Source: Blastocladiella emersonii ATCC 22665
Lineage: Eukaryota > Fungi > Blastocladiomycota
DNA length: 64,000 nucleotides
Direction of reading: 5' to 3'
NCBI GenBank assembly: GCA_025594325.1
Contig: JANHCV010000009.1
Coordinates: 186,001 to 250,000, forward strand
Shown: piece by piece, positions 11,684 to 23,686 of the stretch
How the letters are laid out: every line of letters begins with the position of its first letter
How positions within the stretch are numbered: position 1 is the first letter of the stretch
The notes under the pieces: generated by a model
What the model was told of the DNA's origin: nothing
Databases searched by the model: none
The model's input: the letters and a program-made list of their open reading frames with translations, nothing else
Translations under genes and position numbers: made by a program

Positions 11684-11985
11684 TGATCGGGTCACGCGCG
11701 CGCGCGTGCCGCTGATCGCGCCGCATTTCTCACCGCCGCGAACGTGGGCGTCCGCGCCCGGCCGCAGCTGGTGACTCGCCACCGCCCGCCCCTCGTCGCC
11801 CTCAAAAGGTGGCCGCACCCCCGCCGCGGACGTGAGCTCTCTTTAGCTCACGTTTCTGGATCATACAGGTGTGTGCGGCCTCCTTACCCTCCTTTTCCCT
11901 CTTGTTTCCTCCCCTCATCATTCTCCCGAATAAAGCTCACGTTTCCGGATCATACAGTTGTCTCGAGAATCGTGTGGGCTCGACA
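11665..11985 (+). mobile_element. Solo-LTR-like element
   Basis: TGTCGCGC...GCTCGACA termini, AATAAA near the 3' end, and an internal 24-nt direct repeat (AGCTCACGTTTCYGGATCATACAG). It replaces the normal A-gene 3' end. No TSD found. Confidence 0.45.
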
Positions 11986-12001
11986 CCACCAGCGCCGTGC
12001 T

Positions 12002-12020
12002 CCCCCCCCCCCCCCCCCCC
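12002..12020. repeat. C19 homopolymer
   Basis: Direct reading. Confidence 0.9.
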
Positions 12021-12425
12021 GCGGTGCTCTTCATGGTGGAGAGTCGGCACGAGTGCTGAATTTTTCTTTTCCGCTCAAGGTTGGGTTTTTATGTTTCCCT
12101 GTGTTTTTAATTTTTCCAGTTTCGCCAATACATGAACAGGTTCCCAAGAAATCCCGCGGGTTTCGTTGCACGTCTTGGTCGTTTGCCTTGCCGCCGCACA
12201 CGGTTTTGTAGGTGAGGCCTGGTACTCGCTTCTTACAGGCTTGACGCAGATTCAGCTACTATTTGCAGGCGGCCCAGCTTTTCCCGCAGCGTGGGCAGAC
12301 GTGTGAGACGCGTCGCGATATCACGTCTGGGTCAGGTGATGCTTGCGGTGCGAACGGCGGCTGAGTTTCCTGCCTCCCAGCTCGCTCTCAGCTCACCCTC
12401 CTTGAATTCCCATGTAACGCCCACC

Positions 12426-14764
12426 ATGGAAACCAATGAACTAAGCGACTCTATGCAATCTCTTGGATCGCTTGCGGATCTTCCTGTCGAGCTACTCGCG
12501 GGCGTTCTTCGCCTCGCGCGCCCGCGCGCCTTGGTCGCCGTTGCCTCGCGCGAACTCGATGCCGTAGCCCGCACCCCGCACACCACGCGCGCTTGGATCG
12601 AACACCTTCTCTTGCATTGTGTGCCCGCCAAGCGCCGTGAAATCTACGAGGCCAGGGACGGCTACTTGTGCGACGCCACGATGCTCCTCGAGTACATGGC
12701 CGAACTCAACTCTTCCTTGGGGGGCGGATATCGCCCAGTCTACCAGGAAGAACCAAAGTACCAGCTCACCGTGTCGCTGTACGCTTACTTGACCGAATAC
12801 CTGCTCGATTACGCGGCGCCCGTTCTGCAGCAGTTTGGTGGCGACACCACCCTGCTTGCCGCGGATCTCGCTGTCCAGTTTCAAGAGCCTCTACGGTTCC
12901 ACCGGTCTCGATTCCACCCGTTGCCCGCCATCTTAAAGCTGCTTATGATTGCCAGTTGCGAACTCACCCCGCCACACTCCATTCGCCTTGTCGCTTTGGT
13001 GAAGCGGCGTTTGATCGACCTCTTCTACGTGCGGCTCAGCTTCGAGCAGTGGGGCTCCCTGGCCCGGATGGATCCAATCGACACGCTCAACGAGGTGATT
13101 GGGGAAACATCTGACGGCGAGGATGACGAGGAACCCGAGCTTCCCCGCGTCCGTCTGATCGACTTTTTGTCGTTACTTGCCGTCTTCACGTGGAACCTGC
13201 CCACTTTGGACGAGCTGCTGCTTCACGCGTCGACCCTCGGTCTGGACGAGCAATGGCTCACTTCAACGCTCAACAACAACAAGGTCGTGGACGCGCTGCT
13301 CACAAATGCCTACAGTGCCCATGCTTCCTTGCGTAAGGGCGTGACTGCGGTCATCGAGCGCCTGCTGCGCGAGTACTGGTCGGCTGACCACCCGCTTATC
13401 TTTGGTGGCGTCCATCTTGCCATCCAATTGTGCACAACACCTCCAATTCTTCAACATATTGCGGCCATTGATCCCGATCGGATTCTCAACAAAGACATGG
13501 CTCACCACCGCGACGAAATCGCGAACTGTGCCGCTAGCGGCACTTTGCCCAACGAACCTGCTTCTTTTGGGATACTAGACGAACTCGGACTGCTCAATGA
13601 CGAAGCGTGGGCAGCGATCATCACCCACGCATTGCATTCTTACGGGAGCAGTCCCACCGGACCGGTCGCCTCGTTCGTGGCAACTACGCTTGATTCTGAC
13701 CAGTTTGTCGCAGTTGCAAAGCTCGGTACGGTCGCCTGCGCTGATATGCTCCTGGAGCAAACAAGCAACTTACTCGACGTTTTCTTGTAGCCTTCGCGCG
13801 ATCTCTCAATTACGGCGCGCATTGCTCGCCACAGCGCGTCTTGCGGTTCGTTCGGCTGCACCACGGCGAACTTGCGGACGAGCTTGTTCACGATTTTGCT
13901 ACAATCTTGTGCGACGCATCGACTGCTCGTGATGGCGGCGTTTGTTCTCATCTGCTTCCGTGCTCCCAGCCGGCGTTGTGCAAGCGTTTCGTGACCATGT
14001 TTTCGAGCAAGCTTGACGCGGATATGTGGGATCTCTTCATGCTGGCCAATTTCACGCTGCTTCACATTCCCATCACCATGTGTCCAGCTCTCGCGTGGCT
14101 GCCCGTCGCTGTCATGCACGACGAGTCGCTTCGCGACCGCGCAAGCGATCTGATGCGTCGCACGGGCACGGTTCAGCGATTTGCGGGCTGCATGATCCGC
14201 ACAACCTTCACGAATCAAGCCATGCTGCACGCTATCCCAATCGGATCGCCCAAAATCACGACGTGCAACACTTGCGACCTGCGCGGGCAGCAGGAGTGGT
14301 TTGATGCCCTCGGCATGTTGCTCTCGCTTGACCCTGCGGGACTCTATCGCCTTCCTCTTCTTGCAATCTCCCGTCTCCTTGAAGTGCTTAAGCCGGTCGA
14401 CTCACTTGATTCCAAGATCATGAGCAACAATCCTGCAAAGCGGAGCTGCTACTGCCGCTACGCGCACCGTCCGTTTTGCCAGCTCATCCGATTGCTGACC
14501 CGCGCCAACTTTTGCGCGATGCTTGACCTATTCAGCGAGGTTGTGAAGCCCGACGAGATTCCCATCTCGATCTGGCGCGCCGTGCCTGATGGAATGCTCA
14601 ACGGAGTCAAGGATGCCAAATGGATTGCGCGACTCGTGGTCGAGGAGGCCCGCAAGGAGTTGCCGCGGCGGGCCATGGTCGACGAGATCTGCCGTGTCGC
14701 TCCCAAGACGGTCGCGTCGCGCGAGTACGCGGACGCGATGGTCGCGATTCACCACACGTTTTGA
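12426..14764 (+). CDS. Family A paralog A2, apparently intact (~757 aa); join(12426..13725,13791..14764)
   Basis: METNEL...LADLPVELLAGVLRLARP is an F-box-like start. A phase-1 intron (GTACGG...TTGTAG) joins the two tracked ORFs in frame. Confidence 0.8.
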
Positions 14765-15192
14765 AGTCCCCTGTTGTTGTTCAATCTGTATTTCTGTGCC
14801 TTCTCCACGTGTTCGTTGAGGCATCCCGCGAGTAGCTGATGGCCGGATTCGTCCTGTCTAAGCGCGACGCGTCTACAGCTGCCCTCGCGACGACGCGTTT
14901 GTGGCGCAGCCTGTGGCGCTATCAGGAGCCGCTCATTGGTCGGTGTGTCGCAAGCGTGAGTGGCGCAGCTCGGATCGCCGGCGCGACCTGGACTTGCCGC
15001 TTTCCTGCGCGCGCGCGTGCACGCTCGAGCGACCAAGGTTAGTGCCCATATGGGCCGACCTTGTAAAATAGACGTCGCCGGCTTCCTCGTGCCCGCTTCC
15101 TGCAACGCCACCTCGTCGCCCGCGGGCGGTACAAAAGCTGCCATGCCCCCGCGGCGGCGCTTCCGCTCCCTCACAAGAGCAAACCGCCCGTC

Positions 15193-16313
15193 ATGCAACG
15201 TAACGCCTTGCTGCTCGTCGTCACCCTCGCGGCTGTTGCTCTACTCGCTCGTCCGGCTGCGGCCTACTGGCGCGAGGTCGAGTGCGTATCGGCACCTGCA
15301 ATGATCGCCACCTCGCCCGACATGAAGGACCGATCAGCCTCCCTCCCCGCTCACGATGTGTAGCACCCAGTTGTCGGTCACCGGCATGGCGCGCGCCTCG
15401 GACCTCGTCACGACGGGCCGCTGCGTCGACTTTGACGAGTCTACGGCGAGTACGTGCCGGGCATCACGCAAGTCGACTCGATCGGGCCGCTCACATCTCG
15501 CTCGCTTCGCTTTGATTAGACGGCATGTCGGCCACGGCGCAGCTGTGGGCGTGCAAGCTCACGTGGGACGGCACCGCGTCGCCGCACGACCACAAGATTG
15601 GCTTCGAGACGGCGAGCGGGTGGGCGTGGATCAAGCACAGCTACAACGGCGTCGACTACTGCCTCGACGTGGCCGAGGGCAAGGCGTATGCGGGCGCGCC
15701 CGTGCGCTGGTGGAAGTGGTGCGTTTGTTCGGGGCACTTACTCCCCGCCATGGTCGCTAACGACATGGCTCCTGCGCTAGCAACGGCTCTAAGGCGCAGG
15801 CCTGGTACCTGACCGGCAAGGGCGGCCGCGGCTCGATCCGCTCGGACCTCAACTACAACCTGTGTCTGGATCCCGTCCACGGTGCGCACGCTTCGCTCAT
15901 GCAGACGCCAAGGAGCCAAACTGACCCACTGCACTGCATCGATGCTAGGCTTCAATGGCGACCGCAACGGCCAGCCCCTCGAGCTGTGGAACTGCCATGG
16001 CGGGCGCGAGCAGGAGTTTGGGATTGGCAAGATGCACACGAACGGCATGTTCGACATGGAGCGCGAGTGCCGTGCCACGGCGCCAAGCGACAAGCACGGT
16101 TGCATGGTCACTTGCAAGTATAACAACGTGAACAAGGCCAAGAAGTACTACAATTACGACGGCGTGACCTACTCGTGCTGGTACCCATCCCTGGGTGACA
16201 CAGCTCGTTGTGTGTCGAGACTTAACCCCGCTGAATACTCTCACGACCGCTCGGGCAACCACGACGAGACTTGTCATTGCTTCTGCTTTATCAAGGCCGG
16301 CTCCGACTGGTAA
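15193..16313 (+). CDS. Family B paralog B1: secreted ricin-B lectin + Cys-rich domain (279 aa); join(15193..15281,15364..15449,15520..15718,15781..15881,15949..16313)
   Basis: Signal peptide and QxW-like repeats (AQLWAC, WWKCNGSKAQAW, LELWNCHGGREQEF). All four introns are canonical and the spliced length is 840 nt. AATAAA at 16385. Confidence 0.85.
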
Positions 16314-18635
16314 GTGTACCGTTGGTCGTCATCGGCCGCGAGCCGCTCGCCCGCTCGCGCAGTTCATTGTGTTTGCTCCGCGTCAATAAATCTACTTTCC
16401 ATCGAACCACGCCCTCGATTTATGAGTTCTGCGGAGGGAAGAACGTTTCGCGAAGGCAAAGAGCACGCAAACCGGCCAACTCGATGGACGCGTTGCGATA
16501 TGACGTCGGCATCAGGTGATGCGCGTCTCGTGTCTTGCACCGAGCCGCGCGGCGCGCAGCCGCTGGGAGTGCTTTTTCTCTCCCGAAAGAAAGTCGAATG
16601 CCTTTACTCTTGGTGGAAACGTGTGAGGTTTGAGACTTGATGCAACGCCATGTTGAAGGGGGCTTCAGTCAAACCTGTCCCCGAGGTGTCAGCATCACAT
16701 TGATGGTAGCGTTGAATGTGAAGTTTCAACGCGCGGACGGACAGTTGCGAACGATGGGACGCGCTCAGCCACGCGCGCGAGTCAGGTGCTTGTTTGCTCC
16801 CAAGCTTGTTTGACTGGCTCTGCCGGGCTTCCTCCCTCGACCCACCTCCAGCAGCCACCATGAAAACCAATGAAGTAGCCAACTTTGTGCAACCTTTGCG
16901 CACACTCGCGGCGCTTCCTGTCGAGCTCTTTCCGGCCGTCCTTCGCCTCACCCGCCCACACGCAGCTGTCGTCGCTGCTTCGCGCGAGCTTTCGGTCCTT
17001 GTTCGCTCGACGCATGTCACGCGCGCTTGGATCGAGCACGTCCTTGAACACCGTGCTCCTGGATGGCGCAAAAATCCTGTTTCTTCGCGTGGTAGTTACA
17101 AAAGCGATGTGGTGGTGCTCCTCGAAGATATGGAGGTTGTCGCCACCACCGTTCCGCACGGCGATCGAGCGACCCAAGTTATTGCCCAAAGTCACCCCGC
17201 TTACCATCACGTCACCTCGTTTTATGCCATCCTCGCCAACTATTTGGTCGATTGTGCCGCACCCGCGTTGCAGCATTTTGGCGGCGATTCCGAGCGCCTT
17301 GCGGCAGCTCTTACCGAGCAGTTTGACGTCCATGGCTACCACCAGGCGCGTTCCAACCCGCTGATACCTGTTCTCCAGCTGGTTATCAAGGCCATCCTCA
17401 TCCTTGATCCAACTCAACTCAGCAGCGTTCTCGTCACAATTCAGCAAGCTTTGCCTGACCTCTTCCACGTCCGCCTTACTTTGGAGCAGTGGTCCGGACT
17501 AGCTCGTGTGCACCGTATCGATACTGTCTTTAACGCGCTTGTTGAGTCTGAGGAGGGGCAAAACGAGCTTCCCAAACCGCGTCTGTTCGACTTTCTGGCG
17601 CTTCTCGCCGTCTTCATCTGGAACATGCCGGCTCTGGACGTGCTTCGCAAGGGGTCCCTTGGCCTGGACGAGCAGTGGCTCGCATCGACTTTGAACAACG
17701 AAGTTGTCGTTGATGTCCTGCTCTTTTACGCCAAGGACGTCAAACCCGACCCCAAACAATCCAACTCGGTCGTCTTGACGATTGAGCGCTTGATGCACGA
17801 GTTTTGGCCCATCGACCATTCGCTTCGCTTCCGAGGTAATCATCTCGTTGTGCAATTGGCTTGTGTGCCCGAAATTCTTCAGCACGTGGTGCGTTTCAAT
17901 CGCCATCGCGTCCTTGACAAAGGTCTACCAGCTCACTGCAAACGCATTATGCATCAAGCGGAGAGGGGACAGCTCCCGCGAGACCCGGCTTCGCTCGCGA
18001 TCCTGGACAAAATGGAGCTCCTCAATGACCACGCGTGGGCAGCCTTTCTTGTCCGTGCCTTGGGCAATTCGAGTGGTTTCACTGGGCCATGTGCTTCGTT
18101 TATCGCGTCAACCCTCAAAAAGGACCAGTTTGACACAGTCGCCTGGCTTTGTACGCATTAGTCTTTCACATCGAAAAGTTTCAAGATAGCGACTCAATGA
18201 TGTTGTCTGTAGCGCTCAAATGCTGCCTTGATCACGACTGGCGTTGCTCGCCGCTGGAAATCATGCGATTTGTACGCTTGCACCGCGGCGAACTGGCGGA
18301 CGACCTCGCTCACGAGATTGCCGCGGATTACTGTGACGCTAGGACTGCCTCGTCGAGCAACGTCTGCACCCACACTCTCCCATGCTCTCACCCAACGTTG
18401 TGCAAGCGCTTTCTCCGTGTGTTCTCAGTTCAAGTACACGTGACCGCGTTGCGCCACAGTCACCGGACGCGTGCGACCCCGCCCGCGTCACGCGCGTCAC
18501 GCGCACCGCGCCGATCTCCTTTGTCATCGCCGCGGACCGCCTCACCTCACCGAGCGACGCGTCGGCCCGCTCACATTGGACGACGCGCCTCTGCATCCCC
18601 TCTCTCTCTTGTTCCTTTAACCAGTTGCCAGTATT

Positions 18636-18890
18636 TGCTGTAGTGGGGGGTGCGTGCGAGACATGCGAGACACGCACGCGTTGAGGTCAGGTGTGGATCA
18701 CGCCACCCACCGACGCCGCCTCCCACGCCTCTGCCGCAGCCCAACGCACGGCGCACTCTCGCGCTCGGTTCCTGTTCAAGGATGAATGAAGCTGTTCCTG
18801 TTTGATACACTGGTTGATTTCCCCTGCAATACCATCCTGTCGCTGTACGTTGCGTGTATCCCGCTTCCCCCATGCCTGAGTAGAATAGCA
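18636..18890 (+). repeat. 5' LTR
   Basis: 250/255 identical to the 3' LTR. Confidence 0.97.
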
Positions 18891-18904
18891 GGTTATGAGC
18901 CCTG
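18891..18904 (+). other. Primer-binding site for half initiator tRNA-Met (Ty5/copia type)
   Basis: GGTTATGAGCCCTG is complementary to the tRNAiMet anticodon arm (CAGGGCUCAUAACC). Confidence 0.9.
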
Positions 18905-19039
18905 GTGCAGCCTCTCGCCGCAGCTCAAGAAGACACAGGAGATGTCTTCGACGTAACCAGCAACCTCGAGCTGTCATGAGGACAGCAGGGGTAGAAGGCT
19001 CCGCTGGAAGGCGTAGAGCATGATGGTCGCTTGCCCCAC

Positions 19040-19362
19040 GAGGGGGCTTGAGCACCAAAGCTCGCCCTTCAAGGGGGCTGGAGCACCAAGGAGCTTTGCT
19101 CGCCCCACAAGGGGGCTGGAGCACCAAGGAGCTTTGCTCGCCCCACAAGGGGGCTGGAGCACCAAGGAGCTTTGCTCGCCCCACGAGGGGGTTGGAGCAC
19201 CAAGGAGCTTTGCTCGCCCCACAAGGGGGCTGGAGCACCAAGGAGCTTTGCTTGCCCCACGAGGGGGCTGGAGCACCAAGGAGCTTTGCTTGCCCCACGA
19301 GGGAGCTGGAGCACCAAGGAGATTTGCTTGCCCCTCAAGGGAGCTGGAGCACCAAGGAGATG
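19040..19362 (+). repeat. 38-bp tandem array (~8.5 copies) in the copia leader
   Basis: Unit AAGGGGGCTGGAGCACCAAGGAGCTTTGCTCGCCCCAC. Confidence 0.95.
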
Positions 19363-19407
19363 ACCATGGACAAGAAGCTGACCTGACATGGCGTCACGCG
19401 CGCTACC

Positions 19408-22400
19408 AGATGACTGACGTTGACACGGGCAAGCAGAACAAGGCTGACGCGGTCATCGCTGACCTCCTCGAGGGCAAGATTGACAAGCCGACCGCCTGCC
19501 TGCAGATTGTCAACCTACAGATTGGTGACGCCATGTTCCAGTACTTCAACACAATCAACTTGGCGCCCGAGATCCCGCTGCGTCCACCGCCCGAGATGCC
19601 CACCGGCAGCGGCAGCAGCAGCGGTCCAATTGTGGCGACCATTGACCCGCAGCTGGCGGCCAAGCTCAGCATGTTGGTTGACGAGTTCAAGAAGACGCGC
19701 GAGTCGCTCTTCATGGCGTACATGCCGATCCCGGTCCCCAACCTCAAGATCCCTCGCTCACCGAGCTTGACACCCCTCACTGCATTGCCGTGGGCAAGTC
19801 GCAGACGGCGGTGTATGGGACCCACATTGGCAAGGTCGAGATCCAGCCCCTTGACGCTGAGGGTCGGCCCACCCGGATCATCCTACGTGACGTCCTGTAC
19901 GCGCCCGACCTGGCGCGTCGCCTGATCAGCACGACGCAGCTGCGGCGCGACGGCGTGACGTCGACGTTCCACGCCAACAAGACCACCTTCACGCTGGAGC
20001 TGGCCTGCGGCCGCAAGATCAAGGGCGCAATCCATGGGCGCCTCCCGACGCTCGTTGGCGCGCTGCCTGCTTGCGCGCAGGCGCGGGTGCCTGAGGCCAA
20101 GAAGGCCCACTTCCACCACCCAACGGAGGAGTTGGCCATGATGGTTGCCAATCTCGGCACATATGCGGGGCCGCACCCCGACGTCCGTTTCTGGGCGTGC
20201 CTGTCGGACGAGGACATGAAGAAGGCCGTCAACAAGGAGCGCGCCGTGGCCATCGAGGCCAACAAGCAGTTGTTCGCCAACATGATCAGCAAGGAGACTG
20301 ACGCGCAGCACACGGCGCTGGTGGCGCGCGCGACCGTCCCCGAGACCGGCGCGTGCGACGCTGCGTTCCACACGTTTGCCAACACGACGCTCAACTACTC
20401 GCTGCAGCACGTCGCGCACGTGCGGCTCAGTCACCCAGGCGCCCACGTCATCAAGGCAGTCCTCGCGGACCCAGCGTACAAGCTGGGCGACCTCGCCTGT
20501 CAATGCACCGGGAACCACGGCGACAAGAACGTGGGCGGCATCTGCGTGTTGTGCGTCACGGCCAACATCCAGCGCGGCCCGTCGGCGGGCCCCGCGGGCG
20601 AGAAGACCAAGGCGCGCCTCGAGTGCCTGCGCTTTGACCTCGCCATTGTCAACAAGGCCGCCGTCGAGGACAAGACGTGCATCCTGCTCGTGCTCAATGA
20701 CTACACGCGCAAGGCCTGGGCGTTTGCCCTTGAGGCCAAGTCTGACGCGCCCGAGTTCATCATGAAGCTCGTCAACTGCCTTGAGAACAAGACCGACACC
20801 ACCGTCAAGCGGTTCCGCTCGGACAACGGCGGCGAGTTCAAGAACAAGACGCTCACTGAGTGGGCCGCCGCCAAGGGCATTGAGTGGCATTTCTTGCCAC
20901 CAGGTAACCACCACGCCAACAGGCGCATCGAGCGGCTGGTGCAGGACGTGACTGTCAAGGCCCGCGCGTCGATCGCTGCCGCCGTTGACCTGCCTGAGAC
21001 GTACTGGCCGTACGCGTTCACGGCCGCGTGTTTTGTCCGCAACTGCCTCCCGAGCACCGCGCTCAAGCAGCCCGAGGGCTGCTACCACATCTTGCCACAC
21101 GAGGCGTGGTCAGGTGAGGCGCTGGATCTCGGCATCTTCCGCGCGTGGTCGGCTGACGTGGTTGTCCGTTCCCCGCGCAACAACATCAGCAAGATCCGCC
21201 CGCGTGGTTCCTTGATGCGCCTGCTCGGCTACACCAACAGCGGTGCCGCGTACATTGTCGTCGACCTCGAGACCCAGGAGATCCACACCACCAGCTGGGC
21301 CGTGTTCAATGAGACCCGCGTCATGGACCGGTCGTTCCGCCGGCCGTTGGTGGGGGTTGCCGCGCCCGAGTTGGCGGGAGCTGCCGAGCCCAAGTTGGCG
21401 GGAGCTGCCGAGCCCAAGTTGGCGGGAGCTGCCGCGCCCAGGTCGGCGGGAGCTATTGCGCCGCAGCTGGCGGAAGCTGCTGCGCCGCAGTCAGCGGGAG
21501 CTCTGGTTGCCATCTCCACTGCTGCGTGGCGGGAGGGTGCGGGTGGCAAAGCCGCCACAGCACCGCATTGCGATGTCGCCGGTCCCGATCGCGATTACGG
21601 CGCCACGGACCTGGTGCCCATCGGTGATCACGGCGTCACGGCTCGGAAACGTGTTGCATCTCCCGCGCCTGATCTGGAGCGCAAGCCGAAGCGCACCAAC
21701 CCGGCCCGCTTGAACCGCGGCCAGCTGCCGGCCAAGTTCAAGGACTTGGACACCACCATTGATCCGACGGACAACGCTGCGCGAAACAGCAGCGCGCGTG
21801 ACGAGTACACGCTCGACTACGGGTTCATCGTGGCGCTGCTGGACGACAAGGCCGCCGCGTTCCTCGGCGAGTTTGTCGACATCCTGACGCCTCGGACGTA
21901 TAAGGAGGCCATGTCCAGCGTGCAGTGGGCCGAGTGGGTCCAGGCCATCAAGGAGGAGCTCCAGTCCCTCATTGACAATGACACGTTCAAGATTGTCAAG
22001 TGGCCAGTGCGTGGCGACAGCCGCATGGCCCATGTCATCACGTCCATGTTTGTGTTCGCGCTCAAGCGCAACAACGAGGGCGAGGTGACCCGCTTCAAGG
22101 CGCGTCTTGTTGCGCACGGAAACCAGCAGATCGAGGGCCGCGACTTCAACGCGACGTTCGCGCCCGCCGTCGCCCACGGATCGGCGCGCACGCTGTTCGC
22201 CATCGCCGCCGCGCAGGGCCTGCCCGTCCATTCAATGGACGTGACAAGCGCGTACGTCCACGCGTCGTTGAAGGAGACGGTGTACATGCGCGCGCCTGAG
22301 GGCATGGACATCAAGGACGGCCACGTCCTGAACCTCAAGAAGTCGCTGTACAGTCTGCGCCAGGCTGGCCACAAGTGGTCAAACCACCTCGCCGCCATCC

Positions 22401-23405
22401 TCATCAAGAACGGGTTCATCGCCAGCGCCGCCGACTGCTGCGTGTACATTCGGCGTACGCGCACGTCTGTCATGTACCTGATCGCCTACGTCGACGACAT
22501 CCTGTTGCGGGCACCGACAAGAAGGAGGTCGCCGCTGTCAAGGCCGCGCTTGCGCGAGAGCTCAAGATCAAGGACCTGGGCCTGGCCTCGAAATACCTCA
22601 ACATGCAGGTGATCCAGACCAAGGACGGGATCTGGATTGGCCAGCCGCAGTACACGCGCAACCTGATCAAGGAGTTTGGCGGCGACTCGCCCAGAACGCG
22701 CAGCACGCCCATGGTCGCCACCAGCTTGGCCAAGGAGGCGGTGCCGCTCAACCCGGGCGAGCGCAAGCGGTTCCTGTCGCTGCTTGGCGGGCTGATGCAC
22801 CTCGCGACCGTGTCGCGCGTCAACATTGCGTACGCGACCAGCGTCGTGTTGCGGAACGCGGCCAACCCAACGACCATGGACATGGACGCGCTCATTGCAA
22901 TCGTCGAGTACCTCAAGGGCACCGTCTCGCTTGGCATCATGTACCACCGGTCCGCCGATGGGTCAGTTGATCTGTCCGCGTACGTGGACGCCGATTTCGC
23001 TGGTGACAAGGCGACGCGCAGATCGACCACGGGGTTTGTCACGCTGATCAACGGCAGCGCGACGACCTGGTGCACGCGCCGCCAGTTGTGGGTAGCGCTC
23101 TTGACGACCGAGGCCGAGCTCAACGCCGCCACCAAGGCAATCCGCAACGTGGCCTAGCTCAACACGCTCACGTCCGACCTGCTCAACAAGAAGATCGACA
23201 TGGTGCCGACGTTCATCGACAACGACGCGGCGCGCATCCTCGCCACCACGAGCGTCATGCGCCGGTCGGTCAAGCACGTCTCGGTGCGCGTGTTCTTCCT
23301 GCGCGAGCAGGTCAAGGAGAAGGTCGTCGAGCTCAATTCATTGAGCCGCTCAAGGCCATGGGCATGGTCAAGCTCGAGGACGTCGTCCCGGTCAAGACCA
23401 AGTAG
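19408..23405 (+). pseudogene. Copia gag-pol (integrase, RT, RNase H), broken
   Basis: Motifs HVRLSHPG, RSDNGGEF, FKARLVAHG, YVDDIL and AYVDADFAGD. Frameshifts near 19780, 22507 and 23340, and TAG at 23155. Gag and protease appear partly deleted. Confidence 0.9.
21362..21500 (+). repeat. 24-bp coding tandem repeat (~6 copies) in the IN-RT linker
   Basis: Translates as APELAGAA/EPKLAGAA/APRSAGAI. Confidence 0.85.
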
Positions 23406-23431
23406 TCCGGGTGCCGAGATCCATGCGGGAG

Positions 23432-23686
23432 TGCTGTAGTGGGGGGTGCGTGCGAGACATGCGAGACACGCACGCGTCGAGGTCAGGTGTGGATCACGCC
23501 ACCCACCGACGCCGCCTCCCACGCCTCCGCCGCAGCCCAACGCGCGGCGCACTCTCGCGCTCGGTTCCTGTTCGAGGATGAATGAAGCTGTTCCTGTTTG
23601 ATACACTGGTTGATTTCCCCTGCAATACCATCCTGTCGCTGTACGTTGCGTGTATCCCGCTTCCCCCGTGCCTGAGTAGAATAGCA
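23432..23686 (+). repeat. 3' LTR
   Basis: Matches the 5' LTR. Confidence 0.97.

Larger units (their letters stand above)
18636..23686 (+). mobile_element. Full-length, decayed Ty1/copia LTR retrotransposon
   Basis: 255-bp LTRs (TGCT...AGCA), 5-bp TSD GTATT (18631-35 and 23687-91), PBS, and IN-RT-RNaseH domain order. Confidence 0.97.

Noticed and set aside
19040-19362. 38-bp repeats as a CRISPR array
   Set aside because: The units are head-to-tail with no unique spacers, lie inside an LTR element, and the genome is eukaryotic.
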